This document shows positions 45,682 through 55,109 of a stretch of 64,000 nucleotides of DNA, piece after piece. The translations under genes and the position numbers were made by a program. Origin of the DNA: an uncultured Methanoregulaceae archaeon (GTDB taxonomy: Archaea > Halobacteriota > Methanomicrobia > Methanomicrobiales > Methanospirillaceae); the NCBI GenBank assembly GCA_963737635.1, contig CAVTTL010000001.1:896001-960000 (forward strand), written 5' to 3'. Position 1 is the first letter of the stretch, and each line of letters starts with the position of its first letter. The notes under the pieces are model-generated. The model saw nothing but the letters and a program-made list of their open reading frames with translations, was not told the DNA's origin and searched no databases.

Positions 45682-46839
45682 ATGGCCTATAAGAGTTTGT
45701 GTGCGGTAAAAGGAGTCACCGCAAACGGTATTAAGGAAGGAAAGTTCGGTCTCGCCCTTATCCGGGCAAGTGGAACAGCGGCAGGCGTGTTCACATCGAA
45801 TCTTGCCAAGGCGGCACCGATTGAACTGATGCGAAAGCAGATTAAAAAAGGAAAACTGGACGCGGTGATCGCAAACAGCGGTTGCGCCAATGCCTATACC
45901 GGCAAGAGGGGATACGAAGACGCTGTTACCATGACAGACTATGCCGGATCCGCACTGGGCGTGGATGGTACCTCGGTCGGCGTGGCAAGCACCGGTGTTA
46001 TCGGCAGGTACCTTGATCTGCCCTTAATCCGGCGCCAGTGCGCGGATGTTGCGCTCAACCTTACTTCAACGCCGGATGCAGAGGACCGGGCGGTCCGGGC
46101 GATCATGACCACGGATCTCCATCCCAAACATGCGCTGGTCGAAAAGGAAGGTTTCACCATCGGGGCGATTGCCAAAGGAAGCGGCATGATCGCACCCAAC
46201 ATGGGTACCATGCTCGCGTTCATCTATACTGATGCGGAGATTGGGGCAAAGCCTCTCAGGGAGACGCTCAGGCAGGCGACAGCCCGGACATTCAACCGTG
46301 TCGTTGTGGACGGCGACACGAGTACCAACGACATCGCACTCTGCATTGCAACTGGTGAATCCGGGAAAGTAAATCTCGGGGAATTCTCCACCGCGCTCGA
46401 GGCGTGCTGCCGCTCGCTTGCGCAGCAGATCGCAGCCGACGGCGAAGGTGCAAGCAAGCTGCTCGAAGTCACCGTCCGGGGCGCCCCAAAAGAGGAGGCT
46501 GCCGCAAAAGTGGCCCGGGTCGTGATCGAATCGCCGCTCGTGAAGACGGCGGTATACGGTGAGGACCCCAACTGGGGCCGGGTCATTGCTGCGGCAGGCC
46601 GCGCCGGCGTAAAATTTGACCCTAACGCGGTCTCCCTCTGGATCAGCGATGGGAACAACCAGTATCCCCTGGTAAAATCCGGCGAGATCATTGCCGATCT
46701 GACAAAGGCCAAGGCTGCGATGCACGGTGACAAGGTTATTTTCGTGCTCGATCTTGGGGCCGGAAAAGAAGAAGCCACAGCATGGGGCTGCGACCTCACG
46801 GAAAAGTATGTCGAGATCAACGGGAGGTACACAACATGA
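45682..46839 (+). CDS. argJ: Ornithine acetyltransferase / N-acetylglutamate synthase
   Basis: [49 protein letters not shown]. Confidence 0.96.
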   Translation: MAYKSLCAVKGVTANGIKEGKFGLALIRASGTAAGVFTSNLAKAAPIELMRKQIKKGKLDAVIANSGCANAYTGKRGYEDAVTMTDYAGSALGVDGTSVGVASTGVIGRYLDLPLIRRQCADVALNLTSTPDAEDRAVRAIMTTDLHPKHALVEKEGFTIGAIAKGSGMIAPNMGTMLAFIYTDAEIGAKPLRETLRQATARTFNRVVVDGDTSTNDIALCIATGESGKVNLGEFSTALEACCRSLAQQIAADGEGASKLLEVTVRGAPKEEAAAKVARVVIESPLVKTAVYGEDPNWGRVIAAAGRAGVKFDPNAVSLWISDGNNQYPLVKSGEIIADLTKAKAAMHGDKVIFVLDLGAGKEEATAWGCDLTEKYVEINGRYTT

Positions 46840-47711
46840 TGAAACGCGAGGACGTCCTGATGGAAGCCCTTCCTTACATCCAGCAGTTCCACGGTAAAAC
46901 GATCGTTATCAAGCTCGGGGGGCACGCGATGGTCGATCCGGTCGTCCTTGAAAACGCTATAAAGGACGCCGTCCTCCTCCATTATGTCGGGATCCACGTC
47001 GTGCTTGTCCATGGCGGGGGACCGGAAATCACCGAGAAGATGAAGGCCCTCGGAAAGGAATCGGTCTTTGTAGGGGGGCTTCGGGTCACCGATCAGGAAA
47101 CGCTCGAGATCGCCCAGATGGTGCTCGTCGGTAAGATTAACAAGGGAATCATCTCCCTGATTGCAAAATGCGGTGCAAAAGGCGTGGGGCTCTCGGGAAG
47201 CGACGGGAACATTATTATCGCAAAGAAAATGGATCTCCAGAAGATCAACGTGGAGGGTGTGGAACAGGAAGTCGACCTTGGGCGTGTCGGTGAGATCGAA
47301 TGGATCGATCCCGAGCTGCTCAATATCCTTCTTGAACGGGGGTATATCCCGGTTATCTCCCCGATTGCTATCGACCGGAATGGGGGGAATCTCAACATTA
47401 ACGCAGATACCGCCGCAGGGGACATTGCTGTCGCACTCAAGGCATACAAGCTGATCAACATGACCGATGTCGACGGCGTGATGGATGCGAAGCGAACCCA
47501 TGTTTTCCGTAAGCTCTCCATCAATGAGGCCCATTCTCTTCTTTCATCTGGCGCCATCGGCGAGGGAATGATCCCAAAAGTGACTTCGGTGATAAAAGCA
47601 GTGGAGAATGGTGTCCGCTATGCCCATATTATCAACGGCAACGTGGAGCACAACCTCATCCTCGAACTCTTCACCCATGAGGGTGTGGGGACAATGATCT
47701 CCCTCCAGTAG
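46836..47711 (+). CDS. argB: Acetylglutamate kinase
   Basis: [35 protein letters not shown]. Confidence 0.96.
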   Translation: MMKREDVLMEALPYIQQFHGKTIVIKLGGHAMVDPVVLENAIKDAVLLHYVGIHVVLVHGGGPEITEKMKALGKESVFVGGLRVTDQETLEIAQMVLVGKINKGIISLIAKCGAKGVGLSGSDGNIIIAKKMDLQKINVEGVEQEVDLGRVGEIEWIDPELLNILLERGYIPVISPIAIDRNGGNLNINADTAAGDIAVALKAYKLINMTDVDGVMDAKRTHVFRKLSINEAHSLLSSGAIGEGMIPKVTSVIKAVENGVRYAHIINGNVEHNLILELFTHEGVGTMISLQ

Positions 47712-47788
47712 GTTTTTTTGCCGCTGCGGCAACATTCATGTGCCAAAAGATCAATATTCCAGCACAATAAGCGGACAGGTGTCACCGG

Positions 47789-48193
47789 ATGGACAAGGTC
47801 ATAAAATTCGTTATTGCACTGTTTGTGATTATCGCTCTTGGAAGCCTTGCGTATGTTCTTTTTTCCGCCCCGGCATCTTCTTCCGGTACGACCTCGGCCG
47901 CAAACGATACTATCGTCTATTATTTCTATGGCCAGGGATGCCCGCACTGCGCAAAGGTTGAGCCATTCATGGAGAATATGACAAAAGAATATCCTGATGT
48001 CGATATCCGGATGCTCGAAGTCTGGTATAACCAGACCAACCAGCAGATCTATGCTCAGGTGAATGCGCAAGCAGGCATCTCCACACCACCGGGAGTACCT
48101 GAAATTGTCATCGGCAAAACGGTCCTTGTTGGAGAAGTTGATATCCCTGCAAAACTCGAAGGATACCTCCAGGCCATCGAAAAAAAAAAGTAA
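47789..48193 (+). CDS. Membrane-anchored thioredoxin/glutaredoxin-fold protein (possibly the N-terminus of a longer fusion)
   Basis: N-terminal hydrophobic anchor, FYGQGCPHC, GVP cis-Pro motif; ends EKKK-stop on an A10 run. Confidence 0.8.
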   Translation: MDKVIKFVIALFVIIALGSLAYVLFSAPASSSGTTSAANDTIVYYFYGQGCPHCAKVEPFMENMTKEYPDVDIRMLEVWYNQTNQQIYAQVNAQAGISTPPGVPEIVIGKTVLVGEVDIPAKLEGYLQAIEKKK

Positions 48194-48201
48194 CCCCTGA
48201 T

Positions 48202-49271
48202 TTGTCAGGAGCGAAAAACCAGTCCTCAATCTCATCCCTCGGAACAGATCTGAATCGCACGGTTGTCGGGTACTTTTTCTACGGCGACGGGTGCAGCCAC
48301 TGCGATAATATAAAACCGTTTATTTCGGAAATACAATCCCGCTACCCGGATCTCGATCTCGAGCAGCTCGAGGTCTACCACAACGCCACCAACCAGGCCC
48401 TTTTCCTTGGGATGGATCAAAAGCTTGGCATACCTTCCGCAGGAGTCCCCACCATCATTATCGGCGACCATGTTCTCGTTGGCGAGGATCAGATCCGGAA
48501 CCAGCTGGAGCAGGTAATTCAGGAGGAACAGGCATCTCCCGCAAGTGCGGCACAGGGAAATGTAACCTCAGCCAAAAACTGCCCGGTACCTTCACGACCC
48601 TGACCGTGCCACTGGTGATCTTCTGTGCAGGAATAGACAGCATTAACCCCTGTGCATTCTCGGTCCTGATCATTCTCCTGCTCTCCATCATCGCTCTCCA
48701 GACCCGCCGACAGGTGCTGATGGTAGGAATCACGTACATCGCCGCGGTTTTCTTGTTTTATTTCATCTCCGGTATCGGTGTCCTCTCCTTTGTGCATGTT
48801 TCCGGGGTTTCAAGCCTGATATCACAGGCAGCGGCGATTATTGCCATCGTCCTTGGTTTAGTTTATATCGTTGATGCAGCGGTGAAGAAGGAGGGATTTA
48901 TCCTTGCCATTCCCGCCTCGAAAAAACCGGTAATCGAGCGCTATATCATGACTGCAACGCTTCCCGCTGCTTTTGTCCTTGGCGTCCTTGTGGGTATCTT
49001 TGAACTTCCCTGCACCGGGGGAATCTACCTGACTATTCTCAGCCTGATAAGTAATACCCTTACCCTTTCAGAAGGAATTCCCTACCTGCTCCTCTATAAC
49101 TTTATCTTCGTCATGCCGCTCATCCTGATCCTTATTGCTGTTGTCGTAGGTATACCTCCCGAACGGGTCAATGCGTGGAGAATGGAGAACCGCCGGAAGC
49201 TCCGGTTTGTTATTGGCTTCGCTATGATTCTTGTTGGGATCTTCATCTTCTTTGGCCCCCTCTTCTTGTAA
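48202..49271 (+). CDS. Thioredoxin-fold domain plus CcdA/DsbD-beta membrane domain; apparent frameshift near 48590
   Basis: FYGDGCSHC...GVP, then DSINPCAF and ELPCTGGIY with about 6 TM segments. Confidence 0.8.
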
Positions 49272-49338
49272 AAAATGCCGGGGAAATTCCCGTTTTTTCC
49301 GGATAAAAAAAACAGAGAATAAGGTTTGTAAATATTAT

Positions 49339-49636
49339 TTACGGGCTGTTTTTTTTCGGCATGGGTTTTTCCAGGGCAGCCCGTTGTGCTTTCTCGTTCA
49401 TGGCGATAAGGGTCTCAAATATTGCCTTGATCGGGACTGGATCGATATGGTTTGCCTTTGAGAGTTTCATCACGTATTCGAGTACGTCGAGTTTGCGCTG
49501 GTTGTCATGGACCGGTATTCCCCGCTCCTGTTTGATGGCGGCGATTTTTCCGGCAAGGCTCTGCCCGGTGTGCGATGAGGTGGATAATCTCCTCATCGAT
49601 CTGGGTTATCTCCGCCCGGATCTCTTCAATTGTCAT
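49339..49636 (-). CDS. Chorismate mutase (AroQ type); apparent frameshift near 49565
   Basis: MTIEEIRAEITQIDEEIIHLIAHR/QSLAGKIAAIK...PVHDNQR...Q. Confidence 0.82.
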
Positions 49637-49739
49637 AGGGAAGTACATTGCAGGAAAAAGTGATAAACGTGATGATGCGCTGTGGTACCCTACACGAAAA
49701 CACATATGACAGAAACGCACTATCTGATCCAGTGGTTTC

Positions 49740-50393
49740 ATGCTTGGAAAAATTACACGGCGCGAGGAATATGATCTTTTTGCTGCATGGCTGGCAGTAT
49801 CCCTTTCGTTTGCAATCATCAAACTGGCACCATACGGTGTTCTTGGTCCTATACAGCCCGTCGAACCGATGATTGCCCTGACTTATCTTGTTATTGCCCT
49901 TCTCACCGTGGGGATAGGTCTGGTGCTGCATGAACTGGCGCATAAATTCGCCGCCATAAAATACGGGTTCTGGGCTGAGTTCAGGAAAAGCAACTTCATG
50001 CTGCTCGTGGCAATTGCCCTTGCGGCGTTGGTGGGATTTGTGTTTGCTGCACCAGGCGCAACCGTGATCTCCAGCGTCAGGCCTGACGGAAGGCAGCTCA
50101 GCCGTGAAGAAAACGGGAAGATATCTGCAGCCGGGCCACTCACGAACCTCCTTCTCTGTATACCGTTTGCCTTCCTTCTTCTTGTCAGCGGAGGCCTCTC
50201 CCTCTCTCCGGGAAGCCTCCTCAGCCAGATTGGTATATTCGGGATCCAGATCAATGCCATGATCGCCGCATTCAACATGCTTCCGATCAGTATCCTTGAT
50301 GGGAACAAGGTTTTGTCCTGGAACATACCTGTTTTCGTGATACTGCTCGGGGTGTCATTCAGCCTGCTTGTGAGCTCTTTTTATATCCTCTGA
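49740..50393 (+). CDS. M50 family (site-2) zinc metalloprotease
   Basis: HELAH, FAAPGA, AGP, FNMLP..LDG. Confidence 0.88.
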   Translation: MLGKITRREEYDLFAAWLAVSLSFAIIKLAPYGVLGPIQPVEPMIALTYLVIALLTVGIGLVLHELAHKFAAIKYGFWAEFRKSNFMLLVAIALAALVGFVFAAPGATVISSVRPDGRQLSREENGKISAAGPLTNLLLCIPFAFLLLVSGGLSLSPGSLLSQIGIFGIQINAMIAAFNMLPISILDGNKVLSWNIPVFVILLGVSFSLLVSSFYIL

Positions 50394-50422
50394 TACATCT
50401 TTTTTTGTCTGCTTTTGCGTTT

Positions 50423-51031
50423 TTAGTTGCTTCCAATGATCTTCTCCAGGTCCCGCACGCTCTGCTGTCCCATTTCATACGCCTCTTTTAATGCGGTCGG
50501 GTGATTTTTGATACCGTTATAACCGTCCATGTTATTTGCAACGATATTGAGAGTATAGTCAAATCCCACATCATGGAAGAGGGCGGTAATCGCCGGGAAT
50601 GCGCTGTCAAATACCTTAGTGGAGTTCTGCCCTGCAGTCGAAATGAACACACCCTTATGCGTCTTTGAGTGATTTTCTGAGAAGTCCAGTGTTTTTAGGA
50701 TAAACTTCCGTGCCCAGAGATATTGCGCCCGGTCGATGAACCCTTTGAGTTGGGCGGTAATCCCCATGCTGTAGATGGGGGACGCGACAGCAACGCAATC
50801 GGCTGCCAATATCTTATCATATAAACCCGGGGCATCATCCTTCACGATACACTGGCCGGTCTTATGGCAGGCGTTGCATCCCCGGCAGGGAGAATAATTG
50901 AGCTCTTGGAGCACCACTTTTTCCACAGATGCCCCGGCGGCTTTGGCTCCTTCAAGGAAACTGTCAAGGAGGGTTTCAGTATTTCCGTGGCGGTGCGGAC
51001 TTCCTGAAATACCGAGTACTTTTACGGTCAT
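50423..51031 (-). CDS. Iron-sulfur flavoprotein (Isf)/flavodoxin family
   Basis: GSPHRHGNT, CRGCNAC....C, SPIY, KGFIDR. Confidence 0.88.
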   Translation of the reverse strand: MTVKVLGISGSPHRHGNTETLLDSFLEGAKAAGASVEKVVLQELNYSPCRGCNACHKTGQCIVKDDAPGLYDKILAADCVAVASPIYSMGITAQLKGFIDRAQYLWARKFILKTLDFSENHSKTHKGVFISTAGQNSTKVFDSAFPAITALFHDVGFDYTLNIVANNMDGYNGIKNHPTALKEAYEMGQQSVRDLEKIIGSN

Positions 51032-51654
51032 GTCTTTGGCCCTTCTGCCAGTCTTTTTTTCAGTTCAGCAATGACGGTCTTTCCCAGTTTTTCGGCATCG
51101 GAGCGGGCAGTGGGGTGGCTGTTGATCGCACCCTTCTCATCTACACCGTTTATCATGAGGTAGCTGATATCTGCGTCCCTGATATCGATCACATGGTAAA
51201 AACATTTGACCGACGGTACCGCCGCATCAAACACATTCGGCCACGTTTGTCCCGCGGTCGCAAGAAAGACCCCTAGGCGTTTGCCCTTTCTTTCCGGCGG
51301 GACAATCGGTAGTTTAAGAACATATTTCCGGGACCGGAAAACCTGTGCACGATCGACGAGAGCTTTTACCTGCGAGCAGAGCCCCATGCAAAAGATAGGG
51401 GATGAAAGAACGATACAATCTGCTTCGACAATCTTGTCATGCCAGATATCCATCCCATCGCGCTGGACGCACTTGTTGAGTTTTTCGCACGCGTTGCACC
51501 CCCGGCAGGGATTGATATTGGCCTCGGACAGCGGGACCTTCTCGATAGTGACGTCCTGTTCTCCTGCCATGGATGCAAGCATCCAATCGAGCAGCGTCTC
51601 CGAATTGCCAAACCTGCGCGGGCTGCCGGCAAACGCGAGGATCTTTATAGGCAT
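51028..51654 (-). CDS. Iron-sulfur flavoprotein (Isf)/flavodoxin family
   Basis: GSPRRFGNS, CRGCNAC....C, SPIF, KALVDR. Confidence 0.88.
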   Translation of the reverse strand: MPIKILAFAGSPRRFGNSETLLDWMLASMAGEQDVTIEKVPLSEANINPCRGCNACEKLNKCVQRDGMDIWHDKIVEADCIVLSSPIFCMGLCSQVKALVDRAQVFRSRKYVLKLPIVPPERKGKRLGVFLATAGQTWPNVFDAAVPSVKCFYHVIDIRDADISYLMINGVDEKGAINSHPTARSDAEKLGKTVIAELKKRLAEGPKT

Positions 51655-51798
51655 GGATGATGCTTGGATACGGATGGTGAAAAATCATTGGATATGGAAT
51701 CTGCCACATACAGGAGCATATGCGATCCAATCGGATCAGCGTAGTAAATTGGACGAAAATCTCTGAAAAACAAAAAAATGATCTGACCTATCGCGGTA

Positions 51799-52182
51799 TT
51801 ATTTTTTCATGACTTCATCCAGCTGTGCCTTCCCGTAGACATACGCCGGCATCCCTGAAAGAAGGAAGGTAACCCGGAGTGCCTCTTCTACCTCAGCCTT
51901 AGTGACACCGAGGTTTGCAGCACCCATAAGTTGGGCACGGACGGCATGCTGGTCGCGAAGGGCCGCTGCTATTGCAATGGCAATCAGCTTCTTGGTCTTT
52001 TTCGTAAGCTTACCATCGTCCCAGATGTGGTCTTCCATCTTTATGACCAGCTTGTACATGTCGGGATCGCTTACGGTCAGTTCTCTGAAGAATTTGGGTA
52101 CTTTCCCGATCTTCTTTTCCAGTCCGTCAAGTTCTTTTGTGGTTTTGCTTTTTGCAACAGGCTTTTTGACAACCATACTCAT
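51799..52182 (-). CDS. Carboxymuconolactone decarboxylase/AhpD-like protein (no CxxC)
   Basis: [31 protein letters not shown]. Confidence 0.82.
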   Translation of the reverse strand: MSMVVKKPVAKSKTTKELDGLEKKIGKVPKFFRELTVSDPDMYKLVIKMEDHIWDDGKLTKKTKKLIAIAIAAALRDQHAVRAQLMGAANLGVTKAEVEEALRVTFLLSGMPAYVYGKAQLDEVMKK

Positions 52183-52307
52183 TCACTCACCAGTATCATT
52201 GGTTCCCCGCAGCAGACCAGTTCTCCGCCGCCGGCTTCTTTTACAACTACAATATTCCCGCAGATCTCACATTTGAAGACCTGCCCTTCTGCAGAAACAT
52301 TCACCAT
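52179..52307 (-). CDS. Desulforedoxin (stand-alone FeS4 domain), 42 aa; not in the ORF track
   Basis: [42 protein letters not shown] has the CxxC...CC motif. GGAGG RBS; its stop overlaps the start of the CMD gene. Confidence 0.88.
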   Translation of the reverse strand: MVNVSAEGQVFKCEICGNIVVVKEAGGGELVCCGEPMILVSE

Positions 52308-52424
52308 GCTGAATCTTGTCCTCCGTCACGTTACGCTTACTGCAATACCGGCCCCCGGAAAACCTCTCAAAGGACCTCTCCGGGTATTCATAACTAGCAG
52401 TACAGATACCGGAAAAATAAGAAA

Positions 52425-52664
52425 TTACTGAAAGCTCTTACCCCGTCGTGGGGGATTCTTGGCATCATCTGGAGTCTTAATATCCGGCCGTATATGGGTC
52501 ATTGGAAAACACTGGTACTCCTCGCAGGAACAGGCCGGGCATTTACGGAGATCCTGTTCGCTCTTGTCCAAGGTCAGTTCCTTTCCGCAGTCAATACATA
52601 CGTATTTTCCCGGTCCAACCTTCTGGCCTGCCGTATACGTCTTTTGTTCGGTCAGATATATCAC
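52425..52664 (-). CDS. Small zinc-ribbon protein
   Basis: GPGKYVCIDCG...CPAC. Confidence 0.75.
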   Translation of the reverse strand: MIYLTEQKTYTAGQKVGPGKYVCIDCGKELTLDKSEQDLRKCPACSCEEYQCFPMTHIRPDIKTPDDAKNPPRRGKSFQ

Positions 52665-52733
52665 CAGACTTCACTTTCATGTCAAAGATATTTATCAGTT
52701 GTGTTAGTAGCTTCTGTCAAGTCTTAGGAGGTG

Positions 52734-52875
52734 GAGAGTTCTCAGGAAACTGCCAAAAAACTCGGCACATATGTGGGGGAGGTGGATCCCTTTCCCTCCC
52801 AACACTTTTTCCCGGGTGGTACCGGGCCGACGGCTTAGCAAAAGGGGATAAGTTGTAAAGTCTCCTGAAACTATC
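52734..52875. mobile_element. Possible MITE-like remnant
   Basis: Imperfect terminal inverted repeats GAGAGTTCTCAGGAAACT versus reverse-complemented GATAGTTTCAGGAGACT, enclosing hairpins. No clear target duplication. Confidence 0.3.
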
Positions 52876-52913
52876 GAAGTCTTTAAAAGTTAAGATTCTA
52901 TAATCATCCACAA

Positions 52914-54599
52914 ATGAATGTGGAGCCCAAATCGACACCTTTTGATCAGATACTCTTTTTGATCTTCATCGCCACGTTTGCAACGATGACGGTCTTCGAA
53001 TTGGCCGGGCAGGCTTTCTATCCGTACCCTCCCGATTGGCGTTCGAACCTGATTACCAGCCTCTTTACAAGCGGGCTCGCTGTCATCATTGCCTACTTTC
53101 CCCTCAACGCCTACTATGCCAAGAGTGTTGAGGTACTCTCGGAGATAGAGAGACGCCGCTTGGTGGAAATAGAATTACGGGAGAGCGAGGAGAAGTTCCG
53201 GGGCATCTTTGATACGATAAATGACGGAATCCACATCCACGAGATTGAACCGGACGGGAAACCCGGAAAATTCATAGAAGTAAACGAAATCGCCTGCCGG
53301 ATGCTGCAGTATACCCGTGAGGAACAGCTGGATCAGGGGCCCCTTGATATTGTCACCCAATACCATAGCCGGCCTTTCAAAGATATTATCGGGGAATTAT
53401 CAACGACCGGTCATGCCATCTTCGAGACCGAGCACCGGAGAAAGGATGGGATCATTGTTCCTGTCGAGATCAATGCCCACGTGGTCAGTCTCCAGGGAAA
53501 AAAGGTAATGGCATCAGTAGTCCGGGATATCACCGAACGCAAGAAAGCCGAAGAAGCACTCCACGAAAGTGAGGAGAAGTTCCGGACGGTCGTTGAGAAT
53601 ACCTTGGACGGCATACTGATTGTTACCTTGACCGGGGTAATTATTTTTCGTAATCGGGCATTGGCGAACATTTTCGATATTAAGGGAGACTCGTACCAGC
53701 TCAGTCCGAAAAACGTCATGGAGTTCATCTCCCCAGGATCGAGATCTCAAGTCCTCCATGACTTCAGTCAGGTTGCGCAAGGGATTGATAGCTACCCCAT
53801 GAATTACCAGGCTACAACAGCCGCAGGACGGCAGATCTGGGTTGAGAGCATCGGGAAGCGGATTCAGTTCCGGAATTCTCCTGCCATACTCATTTCGATC
53901 ACGGATATTACCTCGAGGAAACTCATGGAAGATGCGATACTGCGGGCAAACAAGCAGCTCAACCTCCTTTCAAGCATCACCCGCCATGACATCAACAACC
54001 AGCTTCAGGCACTGAACGGGTCGGCCGAAATGTTACATATGAAAATGGTCGATTCCTCATTTGAAAACGATTTCTCCCGTATCATGGAGGCAATCGGCCG
54101 GATCACCGCCATGATCCAGTTCACCAAAGAATATGAGGAAATTGGTGTACGTGCTACGGTCTGGCAAAATCTTCAGACTCTGGTGAACAGCGCAGGAAAG
54201 AGTGCCACACTCGGACAGGTCACACTTAAAAACGATATTCCCGCAAATACGGAAGTGTTTGCCGATCCGCTGATCGTTAAGGTTTTTTTCAACTTGATAG
54301 ATAATGCTCTGCGGCATGGAGGTAAAATCAGAACAATCCGGTTCTATCTCGAGGCACGCGATGAGAACTGGATCATTGTATGCGAAGACGATGGGGATGG
54401 TGTAGTCACTGAGGTGAAAGAGAGGATATTCTATCGAGGGTTCGGGAAGAACACTGGTTTTGGACTGGCCATTTCCAGGGAGATTCTTGATATCACAGGC
54501 ATCACGATTCGTGAGACTGGTGAGCCGGGCAAAGGTGCTCGGTTCGATATGGTCGTGCCAAAAGAAGCATATCGTGTAGTCAATCTAACAGAGAGATAA
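52914..54599 (+). CDS. Membrane PAS-PAS sensor histidine kinase (orphan)
   Basis: Two N-terminal TMs, two PAS domains ending RDIT/TDIT, H-box TRHDINN, NLIDNALRHG, DDGDG, GFGKNTGFGL. Confidence 0.9.
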   Translation: MNVEPKSTPFDQILFLIFIATFATMTVFELAGQAFYPYPPDWRSNLITSLFTSGLAVIIAYFPLNAYYAKSVEVLSEIERRRLVEIELRESEEKFRGIFDTINDGIHIHEIEPDGKPGKFIEVNEIACRMLQYTREEQLDQGPLDIVTQYHSRPFKDIIGELSTTGHAIFETEHRRKDGIIVPVEINAHVVSLQGKKVMASVVRDITERKKAEEALHESEEKFRTVVENTLDGILIVTLTGVIIFRNRALANIFDIKGDSYQLSPKNVMEFISPGSRSQVLHDFSQVAQGIDSYPMNYQATTAAGRQIWVESIGKRIQFRNSPAILISITDITSRKLMEDAILRANKQLNLLSSITRHDINNQLQALNGSAEMLHMKMVDSSFENDFSRIMEAIGRITAMIQFTKEYEEIGVRATVWQNLQTLVNSAGKSATLGQVTLKNDIPANTEVFADPLIVKVFFNLIDNALRHGGKIRTIRFYLEARDENWIIVCEDDGDGVVTEVKERIFYRGFGKNTGFGLAISREILDITGITIRETGEPGKGARFDMVVPKEAYRVVNLTER

Positions 54600-54810
54600 T
54601 TGACGAGAGCATTCCTGGTGCCAGTGGGGGCCCGCTGGCGTTGTTCCCCACTCTTGCCGAGCTTCTGCCGAGCGAGCTTCACGATTGCCTTGAAGCGAGG
54701 CTTCTATCAAGTTGCCGGGAGGCGAAGAGCGCTCGGGAAACGCTATTCAAATTTTGATAAATGAGATGAGCATCGCGAGATTATTTATATATAAAAAACG
54801 ATATCCAAGT

Positions 54811-54954
54811 ATGCGTTCGGAATTGGTTCCGCCGACAAATCCGAAAAACCGGGGAACGATCATAGATACTCCACTCAGTTCATTTAAACGAAAATTTATG
54901 GGTCTACCCTATGTTTTGTGGTTATCGAATAAACAGGATAAAGAAAAGAAATAA
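54811..54954 (+). CDS. Candidate leaderless small protein (47 aa)
   Basis: TTTATATA at 54785 sits 26 nt before the ATG; T-run right after the stop; no recognisable motif. Confidence 0.35.
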   Translation: MRSELVPPTNPKNRGTIIDTPLSSFKRKFMGLPYVLWLSNKQDKEKK

Positions 54955-55109
54955 TTTTTTACCATATTTCTGCGGAGTCAGCATCATATTCGCGTTTCTC
55001 TCCGTTAACTACAATCTGGTTGTATATCCGTTTAAGTCGTCATCAGAAGTTATTGGGCCTCTCTTTTCCAAATGCAAAACTATATCGGGTTTTTTCTCCT
55101 AATGCCGGT

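Noticed and set aside
46224-47534. Long antisense ORFs (436 aa here; also 31385-32410, 40054-41019, 1316-2191)
   Set aside because: Shadows of well-supported genes on the other strand with no recognisable motifs.
48580-48606. Second frame break in the CcdA locus as programmed recoding
   Set aside because: No slippery heptamer or homopolymer; it looks like the other sporadic indels.
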